Assembly (NCBI GenBank): GCA_002633005.1
Contig: NMRA01000015.1
Span: 1,112,218 to 1,176,217 of the forward strand
Direction: 5' to 3'
Length of the DNA stretch: 64,000 nucleotides
Source: Phoronis australis
Taxonomy: Eukaryota; Animalia; Phoronida
This document shows, one piece after another, positions 63,933-64,000 of this stretch. The position numbers and the translations under genes were made by a program. Numbering within the stretch: position 1 is the stretch's first letter; the number at the start of each line of letters is the position of its first letter. Under the pieces are notes generated by a model, which saw nothing but the letters and a program-made list of their open reading frames with translations, was not told where the DNA came from and made no database searches.

Positions 63933-64000
63933 TACAACTAGTGACCTCTGGTGAGAGTGCAAGTCTGACAAGCTTCGTTCCAATGAGATGGGAAATCACT

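Overview
Eukaryotic, intron-rich, AT-rich genomic DNA, probably from an invertebrate bilaterian (inferred from GT-AG introns, CTCF-type motifs and Kolobok/Harbinger elements). It holds three spliced protein-coding genes that I reconstructed by hand. (1) The 3' part of DIS3L2 (+, 14 exons, 3753-18528). (2) A complete DDX10/DBP4 DEAD-box helicase (-, 17 exons, 41162-21711, ~846 aa). (3) A complete Shisa-like single-pass membrane protein (+, 5 exons, 41491-63932, 218 aa), head-to-head with DDX10 across a ~330-bp bidirectional promoter. The introns are full of non-autonomous DNA transposons: a Kolobok deletion derivative (THAP plus KolX-like stubs), a Harbinger deletion derivative, hAT- and pogo-like MITEs, an Academ-like long-TIR element, palindromes and minisatellites. 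The most unusual signals are an 80-bp tandem repeat that triplicates both a DIS3L2 splice donor and a near-perfect CTCF site inside a wider CTCF-motif cluster, recurrent local duplication of DIS3L2 splice sites, and an AP-1-site minisatellite. I found no clearly new protein system. Most ORFs in the supplied track are intron noise.
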